From: an uncultured Actinomycetes bacterium | Lineage (GTDB): Bacteria > Actinomycetota > Acidimicrobiia > IMCC26256 > DASPTH01 | DNA length: 64,000 bases | Reading direction: 5' to 3' | Assembly (NCBI GenBank): GCA_963720765.1 | Contig: CAVRGS010000013.1 | Span: 76,854-140,853, forward strand | Part shown: piece after piece, positions 39,082 to 49,426 of the stretch | Layout of the letters: each line of letters opens with the position of its first letter | Numbering within the stretch: position 1 is the first letter of the stretch | Position numbers and translations under genes: made by a program | Notes under the pieces: model-generated | Databases searched by the model: none | What the model saw: only the letters and a program-made list of their open reading frames with translations | What the model was told of the DNA's origin: nothing

Positions 39082-40229
39082 GCGGGCTCCTCGCGGGAGA
39101 GAACGGCGGTGGCCGCCGACTGGAACATGCCCCCGATGGCGTGGGTGAGCGACGTGGTGACGCCGTCGACCTGTGCCGCTGCCTCGCCGCGGAGCTGGCG
39201 GATGGATTCCTGCAGCGCGTACATCCCGTACATGCCGCTGTGCGTGTAGTTGAGGCCGCCACCGCTCGTGTTCACCGGCAGCGAGCCGCCGATGGCGGTG
39301 TGGCCGTCGGCCACGAACGCGCCCGACTCGCCGCGCGGCACGAGGCCGATGTCCTCGAGCGCCATCAGTGGGAGGAGCGCGATCGCGTCGTAGAGCATCG
39401 CGTGGTGGATCTCCGACGGCGCGATCCCGGCTGCGGCGAATGCCGCCGCGCCCGAGCGCCGGAACGCGTCGGAGGACGTGAGGTCGGGCATCTGGCTCGC
39501 CATCGCCGCGCCCGTCGCTTCGCCGGTGCCGAGCACGTGCACCGGCGGACGTGGGAGGTCACGCGCACGCTCGGCCGACGTGACGACGATCGCGCCGCCG
39601 GCGTCGGTGGTGACGCAGCACATCGGGCGTGTGAACGGATAGGCGACGACGGGGGAGTCGAGCACCTCGTCGACGGTGATCGGGTCACGCCGCAACGCGC
39701 GCGGGTTGCGGGCGGCCCAGTCGCGCTGGGCGACCACGACGTTGGCCAGTGCCTCGCGATCGAGACCGCGGTCGTGCAGGAAGCGCAGCGCGCCGAGCGT
39801 GAGGAGCGTCATCGGGCCGACGGTGCCGTAGGGCAGCTCGAACTGGCCCTGCCACGCACCGGGACCCGGCAGCACGAGCGGTCCGCCGAGCCCGGAGCGA
39901 CCACTCTCGCCGTGGGCGATGAGGACCACCTCGCACTGGCCGGCGTCGATGGCGGCGATCGCATGGCTGAGGTGCACCAGGTTCGAGCAGCCGCCGACCA
40001 TGGTGGCGTCGACCCAGCGAGCCTCGATGCCGAGCGAGTGCGCCACGAACGAGGGGAGGTACGGGCTCAGGCCGCTGCTCGCGACGCCGTCGACGTCGGC
40101 GGGGGTGAGGCCGCAGTCGGCGAGCGCACGTCGTGCCGCGTCGGTGGCGAGCCCGAGTGCCGAGAGGGCGACGGTGCCGATCTCGGCGGTCTCGGCCGCG
40201 CCGACGATCGCGGCCCCGGTGCCGTTCAC
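39078..40229 (-). CDS. SCP2/lipid-transfer-type thiolase-like protein
   Basis: Thiolase fold (MVGGCSNL, CCVTTDAGGAIV, VNTSGGGLNYTHSGMYGMY). GTG 40229 overlaps the DUF35 stop (GTGA). Confidence 0.85.
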   Translation of the reverse strand: MNGTGAAIVGAAETAEIGTVALSALGLATDAARRALADCGLTPADVDGVASSGLSPYLPSFVAHSLGIEARWVDATMVGGCSNLVHLSHAIAAIDAGQCEVVLIAHGESGRSGLGGPLVLPGPGAWQGQFELPYGTVGPMTLLTLGALRFLHDRGLDREALANVVVAQRDWAARNPRALRRDPITVDEVLDSPVVAYPFTRPMCCVTTDAGGAIVVTSAERARDLPRPPVHVLGTGEATGAAMASQMPDLTSSDAFRRSGAAAFAAAGIAPSEIHHAMLYDAIALLPLMALEDIGLVPRGESGAFVADGHTAIGGSLPVNTSGGGLNYTHSGMYGMYALQESIRQLRGEAAAQVDGVTTSLTHAIGGMFQSAATAVLSREEPA

Positions 40230-40630
40230 GAGCTGCGCGGCCGGAAGAGAGGCAACGTGACCTCGCCGAACGATTGGAACGTGACGTCCAGTGCGAGGTC
40301 GAGGGGGAGCTGGTCGGGATCCGGCTCGATGCCCACCAGGTTGCTCAGGAGGCGCGGTCCCTCTTCGAGCTCGACCTCGGCGATCACGTACGGCGCCTCG
40401 AAGCCGGGCGCGGCGCGGTGCGTGATCACGTAGCTGTACAGGAACCCGTGCCCGGAAGCCCGCACCACCTCGACGTCGTCGCTCGCGCAACCCGGGCAGA
40501 ACGGCTGCGGCGGGAAGTACGTGTCGTCGCACGCGCGGCAGCGCTGCAGGCGCAGCTCACCCGCGGCGGTGCCGTCCCAGAAGTGCTGCGTCTCGGGGGT
40601 CGGACGTGGAAGTGCTCGGGTCGGTGCCAT
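40226..40630 (-). CDS. DUF35 zinc-ribbon/OB-fold protein (thiolase partner)
   Basis: FWDGTAAGELRLQRCRACDDTYFPPQPFCPGC.. then an OB-fold. Start at ATG 40630. Confidence 0.8.
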   Translation of the reverse strand: MAPTRALPRPTPETQHFWDGTAAGELRLQRCRACDDTYFPPQPFCPGCASDDVEVVRASGHGFLYSYVITHRAAPGFEAPYVIAEVELEEGPRLLSNLVGIEPDPDQLPLDLALDVTFQSFGEVTLPLFRPRSS

Positions 40631-40649
40631 GCGTGCGGCATCCTGCCAC

Positions 40650-42862
<2,213 letters not shown>

Positions 42863-42876
42863 CGCCGCGGGAACCT

Positions 42877-42896
42877 ACTTGAACGCTCGTTCAAGT
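42877..42896. promoter_or_regulatory. 20-bp palindrome, candidate TetR operator
   Basis: acttgaacg ct cgttcaagt with 9-bp perfect arms. It is 15 nt upstream of the TetR start and 45 nt upstream of ATG 42941. A related half-site ttcaacgagcgg follows. Confidence 0.5.
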
Positions 42897-42940
42897 TCAA
42901 CGAGCGGTTGGCCGCCCGGATCCGGGGGTAGTCGAGCCCC

Positions 42941-43381
42941 ATGGCTCGTTTCGTCGACACCGTCATGACGTCGCTGTGGTCCGAGGACGACGCGTTCTCG
43001 TACATGGCCGACGCCCGGAACTTCGCCGAGTGGGACCCGGGCACGAAGCGGGTCGACGAGGTGGAAGGGAACCGCGCCGGTCCGGATGCCGCCTTCGACG
43101 TGACCGCCGAGGTCGGTTCGCGTTCGACCGTGCTCCGCTACGAGGTGACCGACTGGGATCCGCCACGGCGCGTGGTCCTCGAGGCGTCCAAGCCGTGGAT
43201 GCACCTGCGGGACGAGATCCTGATCGATCGCGTGGCGACCGACACGCTCATCACGTACGACGCCCGCATCACGTTGCGCGGCCCGCTGAAGCTGTTCGAC
43301 AAGTTCCTCGACAAGCGATTCCAGGCCGTCGGCGAACGCGCCGCGGCCGGGCTGAGGGAGCGGGTGCAGCAGCCCCGCTGA
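42941..43381 (+). CDS. SRPBCC family protein
   Basis: 146 aa with an SRPBCC-like pattern (SEDDAFSYMADARNFAEWDPG). Confidence 0.65.
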   Translation: MARFVDTVMTSLWSEDDAFSYMADARNFAEWDPGTKRVDEVEGNRAGPDAAFDVTAEVGSRSTVLRYEVTDWDPPRRVVLEASKPWMHLRDEILIDRVATDTLITYDARITLRGPLKLFDKFLDKRFQAVGERAAAGLRERVQQPR

Positions 43382-43383
43382 GG

Positions 43384-44586
43384 TCAGCTCGCCTGGACGG
43401 GCAGGCGTTCCCACCCGCGCACGTTCGGGGTGTGCGCCTGCTTGGCGTTGTCCCAGTCGACGTCCCAGTCGGTCCATCGCTGCAGCACCTCGTCGAGCGC
43501 GACGCGGCCTTCGAGGCGCGCCAGCGCGGCGCCGAGGCAGAAGTGGAGGCCGTACCCGAAGCTCAGGTGGTGGTCGATGTTGCGGTGGATGTCGAATCGG
43601 TCGCCGTCGGGGAAGTGACGCTCGTCGCGGTTCCCGGAGCCGTTCACCAGCACCATGATCTCGCCGGCGCGCACGGTCTGGCCGTAGTACTCGACGTCGC
43701 GTTGCACCGTGCGGGCCTGCACCGGCGACGGCGCCTCGTAGCGCAGGATCTCCTCGATCGCCTGGGGGACGAGCGTGCGGTCGGCAGCGATCGCGCGTCG
43801 TTGGTCGGGGTGCTCGGAGAGCAGCTTGCCGGTCCACCCGATGAGTCGGGTGGTGGTCTCGTTGCCGGCGCCGGCGAGCAGCATGATGTACATCAGCGTC
43901 TCGTCGCGCGTGAGCGTGCGGGTCACGCCGAACTCGTCTTCGAACTCGGTGGTGATCAGCTTGGTCATGAGGTCGTCGGTCGGGTGCTTGGTGCGGTGGT
44001 CGACGTACTCGCTGAACACGTCGAGACCTTCGAAGATCACGCCCGCCGACGGCACCTCTTCGCCGTCGCCCTCGATGCGCAGGCTGGCGTCGATGCGGTC
44101 GCGGATCGCAACCTGATCTTCCTCCGGGATGCCGAGCAGCATGCCGATCGTGAGCATCGGCATGATCGCCCCGAGGTCGGTGATGAAGTCGAAGCGCCCC
44201 TCTTCCATGAGCGGGTCGAGCGTGCGGCGGCAGAACTCGCGCACCTTCGGCTCGATCGCGAGCATCGCCTTGGGCGTGAACACGCGCGACATCAGGCTGC
44301 GGTGCACGTCGTGCGCGGGCGGGTCCTCCATGAGGATCGACCCCGGCGGCATCTCCATGCCCGCCAGGATCATCTCGAGCGTGGAGCCCTTGCCCGAGCG
44401 GAAGTTGTCCCAGTCGACGAGGCCCTTCTCGACGTCGTCGTAGCGGGTGAGCGCCCAGAACGTGTACTTCTCGTTGCGGTACAGAGGCATCTCGTCGCGC
44501 ATCCGCTTCCACAGCGGGTGCGGGTCCTTGTCGATCTCGACGCTGAACGGGTCGTAGTAGATGTCGCTGTCGCTCGCGATCGTCAC
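43384..44586 (-). CDS. Cytochrome P450
   Basis: FGYGLHFCLGAALA, AGNETT, EILRYEAP. GTG 44586 behind GGGGGAGAA. The upstream 500 codons of the ORF are antisense to neighbouring genes. Confidence 0.9.
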   Translation of the reverse strand: MTIASDSDIYYDPFSVEIDKDPHPLWKRMRDEMPLYRNEKYTFWALTRYDDVEKGLVDWDNFRSGKGSTLEMILAGMEMPPGSILMEDPPAHDVHRSLMSRVFTPKAMLAIEPKVREFCRRTLDPLMEEGRFDFITDLGAIMPMLTIGMLLGIPEEDQVAIRDRIDASLRIEGDGEEVPSAGVIFEGLDVFSEYVDHRTKHPTDDLMTKLITTEFEDEFGVTRTLTRDETLMYIMLLAGAGNETTTRLIGWTGKLLSEHPDQRRAIAADRTLVPQAIEEILRYEAPSPVQARTVQRDVEYYGQTVRAGEIMVLVNGSGNRDERHFPDGDRFDIHRNIDHHLSFGYGLHFCLGAALARLEGRVALDEVLQRWTDWDVDWDNAKQAHTPNVRGWERLPVQAS

Positions 44587-44679
44587 GGCGTTGGTTCTCC
44601 CCCGATGGGTGCTGGGCCCGATGGTGATCTCGCTCCCCACACTAAAGTTGGGCGAGGTCCAACACAAGGGGGAGCGGCC

Positions 44680-45939
44680 ATGACGTCCAGCGAGTTCATC
44701 CAGGTCACGCACCGCGAGTTGCCGTTCTCGACGTTCGACTCCGACAACCACCTGTACGAGAACCAGGACGCGCTCACCAAGTTCCTGCCCCCGGAGTACC
44801 AGGGGATCATCCGGTACGTCGACATCGGTGGCCGGACGAAGCTGGCCATCCAGGACAAGATCTCCGACTACATCCCGAACCCGACCTTCAACCGCGTCGC
44901 GGTGCCCGGTGGGGCGGGGATGGACATCACCCAGGGCGGGGAGGGCTTCAACCGTCCGGGCGCCGGTGCGGGTTTCGGCAAGATGGTGGCGATGCCGAGC
45001 GTCGACGCGTTCTTCGACCCCGAGCCGCGCCTCGAGCTGATGAAGGAGATGGGCATCGATCGCACCCTGTTGTGGCCGACGCTCGCCAGCGCGCTCGAGG
45101 AGCGCATGGCCAACGATCCCGACGCGGTGTGCGTGGTGATCCACGCGCTCAACGAGTGGATGCACGAGCACTGGACCTACGTGTACTCCGACGCGATCTA
45201 CTCCACGCCGATCATCAGCCTGGCTGCGGGCAACGACGTCGCCATCGCCGAGCTCGAATGGATCGCGGAGCGCGGCGCCCGCATCTTCCTCATCCGCGTC
45301 GCACCCGTGCCCACGTGGAAGGGCCGCAAGTCGTTCGCGCTGCCGGAGTTCGACCCGTTCTGGGAGCGCGTCGCCGAGCTCGACCTCGTGGTCGGCATGC
45401 ACTCGGGTGACGCGGGCTACAACCGCTACACCAACGAGTGGGAGGGTCTCGGCGACAAGGAGATGGTGATCACCGCGAAGTCGAAGGCGCGCCAGTCGTC
45501 GCCGGCGTTCCTCGCGTTGTCGTCGGAGAAGGACAACCTCGTCGACGCGATGGCGTCGATCATCGGCCACGGGTTGGCCACGCGCTTCCCGACGCTCAAG
45601 TTCATGCCGGTGGAGTTCGCCAGCTCGTGGATCCGGCCGTTCTACGACAAGCTGCAGCGCACCTACGACAAGGCGCCCGTGCTGTTCGACGAGAACCCGG
45701 TCGAGGTGTTCAACCGCAACGTGTGGGTGCACACGTTCCACGAGCCCGAGCCCAAGGGTCTGATCGACATCGGCATCCCTGTCGACCACATCATGTTCGG
45801 GTCCGACTTCCCCCACCCCGAGGGGATGGGTGATCCGCTGGCCTACTCGGCCGTCGTCGCCGACCTGCCGCTCGACCAGCAGGCACTGATCATGGGCGGC
45901 GCGCTCGAGAAGGCGATGAAGGTCGGGCAGTACGCCTGA
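44680..45939 (+). CDS. Amidohydrolase-2 family protein
   Basis: ATG behind AAGGGGGAG. STFDSDNHLYE.., FGSDFPHPEG. Confidence 0.85.
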   Translation: MTSSEFIQVTHRELPFSTFDSDNHLYENQDALTKFLPPEYQGIIRYVDIGGRTKLAIQDKISDYIPNPTFNRVAVPGGAGMDITQGGEGFNRPGAGAGFGKMVAMPSVDAFFDPEPRLELMKEMGIDRTLLWPTLASALEERMANDPDAVCVVIHALNEWMHEHWTYVYSDAIYSTPIISLAAGNDVAIAELEWIAERGARIFLIRVAPVPTWKGRKSFALPEFDPFWERVAELDLVVGMHSGDAGYNRYTNEWEGLGDKEMVITAKSKARQSSPAFLALSSEKDNLVDAMASIIGHGLATRFPTLKFMPVEFASSWIRPFYDKLQRTYDKAPVLFDENPVEVFNRNVWVHTFHEPEPKGLIDIGIPVDHIMFGSDFPHPEGMGDPLAYSAVVADLPLDQQALIMGGALEKAMKVGQYA

Positions 45940-45966
45940 CGGCTCGCGTCCTGAATCTGCGCGCTC

Positions 45967-46302
45967 ATGAGTGACGACCAGGGGTTCATCGACGCGCTGC
46001 CGGCCGACTACCTGGAGCCGGGCGAGACGATGACGGTGGAGGTCGAGGGCACGCCGGTGACCGTCGCCAACGCCGACGGCACGTGGTGCGCGTTCGAGCA
46101 CATGTGCCCACACCAGGCCACGCCGCTCGGTGGGCTACCGCTGATGCGCGGGGTGCTCCTGCGCTGCCCCGAGCACGGCTCGACCTTCGACGTCACCACT
46201 GGGCAGTGCGTGCTCCCGTCCGACGATGGTTGGACCGGCACCCTGCGCACGTTCCGCACGCAGGTGGTCGATGACGTGGTGCAGATCTCGCTGCAGTCAT
46301 GA
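45967..46302 (+). CDS. Small Rieske [2Fe-2S] domain protein
   Basis: CPH, then 17 residues, then CPEHG; 111 aa. Confidence 0.85.
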   Translation: MSDDQGFIDALPADYLEPGETMTVEVEGTPVTVANADGTWCAFEHMCPHQATPLGGLPLMRGVLLRCPEHGSTFDVTTGQCVLPSDDGWTGTLRTFRTQVVDDVVQISLQS

Positions 46303-46343
46303 AGTGTCGATGTGAAGGGCCCAGCGTGAAGGTGCCAGCATGA
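46299..46343 (+). other. 14-codon bridging mini-ORF (MKCRCEGPSVKVPA)
   Basis: Its ATG overlaps the Rieske stop (tcATGA, 46299-46302). Its TGA overlaps the ferredoxin ATG (gcATGA, 46340-46343). Confidence 0.2.
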
Positions 46344-46540
46344 AGGTGGAAGTCGACGAGGACATCTGCGGGGGCTTCGGCACGTGCGTGGGGAAGGCCC
46401 CGGCGGTGTTCGAGCTCACCGACGCCGGCTACGCGATCGTGCTGCTCCCCGACGTGCCCGAGGAGCTCGAGGTCGCGGTCCAGGAGGCGGTCACGCTCTG
46501 CCCCACACACGCGATCAGGATCACGCCGTCTGATGAATGA
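46340..46540 (+). CDS. Single-cluster (3Fe-4S/4Fe-4S) ferredoxin, P450-partner type
   Basis: 66 aa. CGGFGTC ... CP cluster ligands; VDEDIC start typical of actinobacterial Fdx. Confidence 0.85.
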   Translation: MKVEVDEDICGGFGTCVGKAPAVFELTDAGYAIVLLPDVPEELEVAVQEAVTLCPTHAIRITPSDE

Positions 46541-47651
46541 CGGCGTCGAGTCGTTCCGCGTCGACGTCGCCGACACGGTCCTCGACGATCTGCGCGCCCG
46601 GCTCGGCCGCACCCGTTTCCCCGACGCGGTCGCGGGCACCGGGTGGGAGTACGGCACACCGATCGAGGAGATCCGCGACCTGGCCGAATACTGGCGCGAC
46701 GAGTACGACTGGCGCGCCGCCGAGGCCCGGCTGAACGAGTTCGACCAGTTCACGACCGCGATCGACGGCCAGCGCATCCACTTCGTGCACGCACGATCCG
46801 CGAATCCTGACGCGCTGCCCTTGCTGCTCGTGCACGGCTGGCCGGGATCGATCGTCGAGTTCCTCGACGTGATCCCCAGGCTCACCGACGAGTTCCACGT
46901 CGTCGCGCCGTCACTGCCCGGGTACGGGTTCTCGGAACCGCCGCGTGTCCCGGGGTGGGACGTCGCCCGCGTCGCGCGTGCGCTCGTCGTGCTCATGGAA
47001 CGCCTCGGGTACGAGCGCTACGGCGCGCAGGGCGGCGACTGGGGCGCGCAGATCACGACTCGGATGGCAACCCTCGACCCCGAGCACTGCGTGGGTCTGC
47101 ACCTCAACATGCCGATCGCCGGACCACCAGCGGGCGACGCGCCGCTGACCGGCGAGGAGCAGGCCGACCTCGCAGTGATGGCGCGCTTCCAGCGCGAGGA
47201 CGCGGCGTACGCGCAGCTCCAGGGCGCGCATCCCCAGACGCTCGGCATCGCGCTCGACGACTCACCGGCCGGTCTGCTCGCGTGGATCGCGCAGCGGTTC
47301 CGCGACTGGTCTGACTGCGACGGCGTGCTCGAGCGCAGCTTCACGAGCGATCAGCTGCTCACCAACGTGATGCTCTACTGGGTCACGCGGTCGTTCACGT
47401 CGTCGGCGCGCCTCTACTGGGAGACGATGCACAGCGGCGTGTTGCGCGAACCGATGGGACACGTGGACGTGCCGACGGGGATCGCGCGGTACCCCAAGGA
47501 GGAGATCCTGCGCTTCCCGCGCTCGTGGGTCGAGCAGCGGTACGACGTGACGCACTGGGTCGACATGCCCCGCGGTGGGCACTTCGCCGCCATGGAGGAG
47601 CCTGAGCTGTTCGCCGACGACCTCCGTGCCTTCTTCCGGACGGTGCGGTAG
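46533..47651 (+). CDS. Epoxide hydrolase (second copy)
   Basis: FRVDVADTVLDDLRARLGRTRFP, HGWPGSIVEF, GGDWG; 8-nt overlap with the ferredoxin gene. Confidence 0.9.
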   Translation: MNDGVESFRVDVADTVLDDLRARLGRTRFPDAVAGTGWEYGTPIEEIRDLAEYWRDEYDWRAAEARLNEFDQFTTAIDGQRIHFVHARSANPDALPLLLVHGWPGSIVEFLDVIPRLTDEFHVVAPSLPGYGFSEPPRVPGWDVARVARALVVLMERLGYERYGAQGGDWGAQITTRMATLDPEHCVGLHLNMPIAGPPAGDAPLTGEEQADLAVMARFQREDAAYAQLQGAHPQTLGIALDDSPAGLLAWIAQRFRDWSDCDGVLERSFTSDQLLTNVMLYWVTRSFTSSARLYWETMHSGVLREPMGHVDVPTGIARYPKEEILRFPRSWVEQRYDVTHWVDMPRGGHFAAMEEPELFADDLRAFFRTVR

Positions 47652-47675
47652 CGGTCGCGAAGAAACGGGGGGCTG

Positions 47676-47700
47676 CTCCACGCTTGAATCTCGCGTGGAG
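47676..47700 (+). terminator. Hairpin after the epoxide hydrolase gene (candidate terminator, no U-tract)
   Basis: ctccacgc ttgaatctc gcgtggag: 8-bp perfect stem with a 9-nt loop. Confidence 0.4.
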
Positions 47701-47755
47701 TCTCGGCTACAAGGGACAGGGGGCAGATCCCATACAGGAGGAGGTTCGACTCCTT

Positions 47756-48115
47756 GTGAAACGACTACTCGCTTCTGCCGCCATCGTCGCGATCGGGGCG
47801 GTCGGAGTCCCGATCGCCATTGCGACGCCCGCATTCGCTGCCGGCAAGGTGTGTCCCACGTTCCGAGCTTCGGGCTTGAAGTATCAATGGGAGACCGCAG
47901 GAACCGGTTTCACGTGCAAGAGCGCGAAGCATTGGCTCGTGAAGCTGATCCGGGACCGCGCCGACACGAGCTCAGGAGAGGCCGCGCTCCACAACGGTCC
48001 CAAGGGCTACCACTGCTTCGCCACTCTCGACACCAAAGGCAAGGCGTCCGGGGGGCTCTGCTACAAGGGCACAGTGGCGTATCCCAAATCGGGATTCACC
48101 TGGAACGGCACCTGA
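47756..48115 (+). CDS. Small secreted four-cysteine protein, unknown function
   Basis: AGGAGGAGG then GTG 47756. Signal peptide KRLLASAAIVAIGAVGVPIAIATPAFA. Cys in VCPT, FTCK, YHCF and LCYK. Locally lower GC and more A/T-ending codons. Confidence 0.6.
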   Translation: MKRLLASAAIVAIGAVGVPIAIATPAFAAGKVCPTFRASGLKYQWETAGTGFTCKSAKHWLVKLIRDRADTSSGEAALHNGPKGYHCFATLDTKGKASGGLCYKGTVAYPKSGFTWNGT

Positions 48116-48194
48116 GCGCCAGGCCGACCGCCGAGACTGCCGCTCGGCGTGGACGATCGGGCAAGGTGTGCTCCGCTCGCCGGCCCAAAGGGTC

Positions 48195-48863
48195 TCAGAG
48201 TCCCAGGAGCAGCCGGGTGATGCTGTCCGCCAACCAATCCCGGTACACGTCTGCGGTCCAGTCTCGTTGGCTACGCAAGAGTCGGTGGACATCGGGGCCG
48301 GCGATGGTCCAGAGGATGTCGGTGGCGTGCTTCTCGTCGAGACCGGCGCGGAGCTGCCCGGACGCGGTCAGGGCCCGCACGGTTCGGCGCATTCCCTCGA
48401 GACGCTGACGCTGCTGGACGTCGGTTCGCAGCGCAGCGATCTCGGGATCACTCCCAGCGGCGGAGAGCATGAGGTCGTCGATGCGGCGGGCCCGTTCGTG
48501 AACGTCGGTGATGCCTTCCGCGACGAGTCGTGCGCGCTGTCGAGGGTCGGGTTCGGCGGCGAGCGCTTCGGGCTGGCCGCGGTCGAGCAGTGCCACTGGC
48601 GAGTCGTCACCGGCGACGCGCACGTCCATGAGGGTCGTGAGAACACCTCGCTTCGAGCCGAAGGCGGTGTACACGGTGTCGACCGACACGTCGGCTGCCG
48701 CCGCGATGGCCGTGATGGTCGTGGCGCCGTACCCGTCGGAGAGGAAGAGCTGCTCGGCGGCGTCGAGAATGTTGCGGCGCGTGAGCCTCGCCTGCTCGGC
48801 GCGCAGGGTCGACCGGTACGGGCGACGCGAGCCTTGGGAAGGCTGGTTGACGGGCGTGGTCAT
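48195..48863 (-). CDS. TetR-family transcriptional regulator
   Basis: HTH RRNILDAAEQLFLSDGYGATTITAIAAAADVSVDTVYTAF. Confidence 0.85.
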   Translation of the reverse strand: MTTPVNQPSQGSRRPYRSTLRAEQARLTRRNILDAAEQLFLSDGYGATTITAIAAAADVSVDTVYTAFGSKRGVLTTLMDVRVAGDDSPVALLDRGQPEALAAEPDPRQRARLVAEGITDVHERARRIDDLMLSAAGSDPEIAALRTDVQQRQRLEGMRRTVRALTASGQLRAGLDEKHATDILWTIAGPDVHRLLRSQRDWTADVYRDWLADSITRLLLGL

Positions 48864-48915
48864 TTCATCCTAGTTTACATAGGTTGAATCGAGTGATCAT
48901 GGATTGGAGATCGCG

Positions 48916-49344
48916 ATGGCAACCGAGCGAGCGAAGGAACTGGCCCGGAGGGTGTGGGACGAGGCCTGGAACGAGGGAGATCTCGCGGTGGTCGACGAGG
49001 CGCTCGCGGCCGATGGTGTCGACCGCCACGCCCTCGACGCCGACGACATCCGTGCCCACCTCAAGCAGGCCATCACCGAGTTCCGCACCGGCTTTCCCGA
49101 CCTCCGCGCCGAGGTCGAGGACATGGTCGCCGAAGGCGACCGGGTGGCCATGCGAGTCGCCCTCGCCGGTACGCACACCGGTCCCTTCTTCGGCACTGCC
49201 GCCACCGGGCGCGCCATCAGCATCGAGCAGTATCACTTCATCCAGGTGAACGAGGACGGCCAGTGCGTGCGCCACTGGGCGAACGTCGGTCTCGACGACC
49301 TGTTCCGCCAGATCGGCGTGATGCCGGCCGCTCCCGCCGCGTAG
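48916..49344 (+). CDS. SnoaL-like ester cyclase family protein
   Basis: ELARRVWDEAWNEGDLAVVDE.., GTHTGPFFG. ATG 48916 behind GGAG. Confidence 0.8.
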   Translation: MATERAKELARRVWDEAWNEGDLAVVDEALAADGVDRHALDADDIRAHLKQAITEFRTGFPDLRAEVEDMVAEGDRVAMRVALAGTHTGPFFGTAATGRAISIEQYHFIQVNEDGQCVRHWANVGLDDLFRQIGVMPAAPAA

Positions 49345-49426
49345 GCGCCGCGCTCTCGCGCACTACCGCTTCGAGGTGGTGACGCGACGGCAGGTGCCAT
49401 CCAGGGAGTTGCGCGAGACCCTGAGG

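Noticed and set aside
42976-46113. 987-aa plus-strand and 909-aa minus-strand ORFs spanning the P450/amidohydrolase pair.
   Set aside because: Only the distal 419 aa (from ATG 44680, behind AAGGGGGAG) and 400 aa (from GTG 44586, behind GGGGGAGAA) show homology and have ribosome-binding sites. The extensions are antisense to the neighbouring gene.
48864-48915. A strong palindromic operator in the AT-rich TetR/SnoaL divergent spacer (cctagtttacatagg).
   Set aside because: Only 4-bp arms pair. I note it as a likely promoter region but cannot support a specific operator call.
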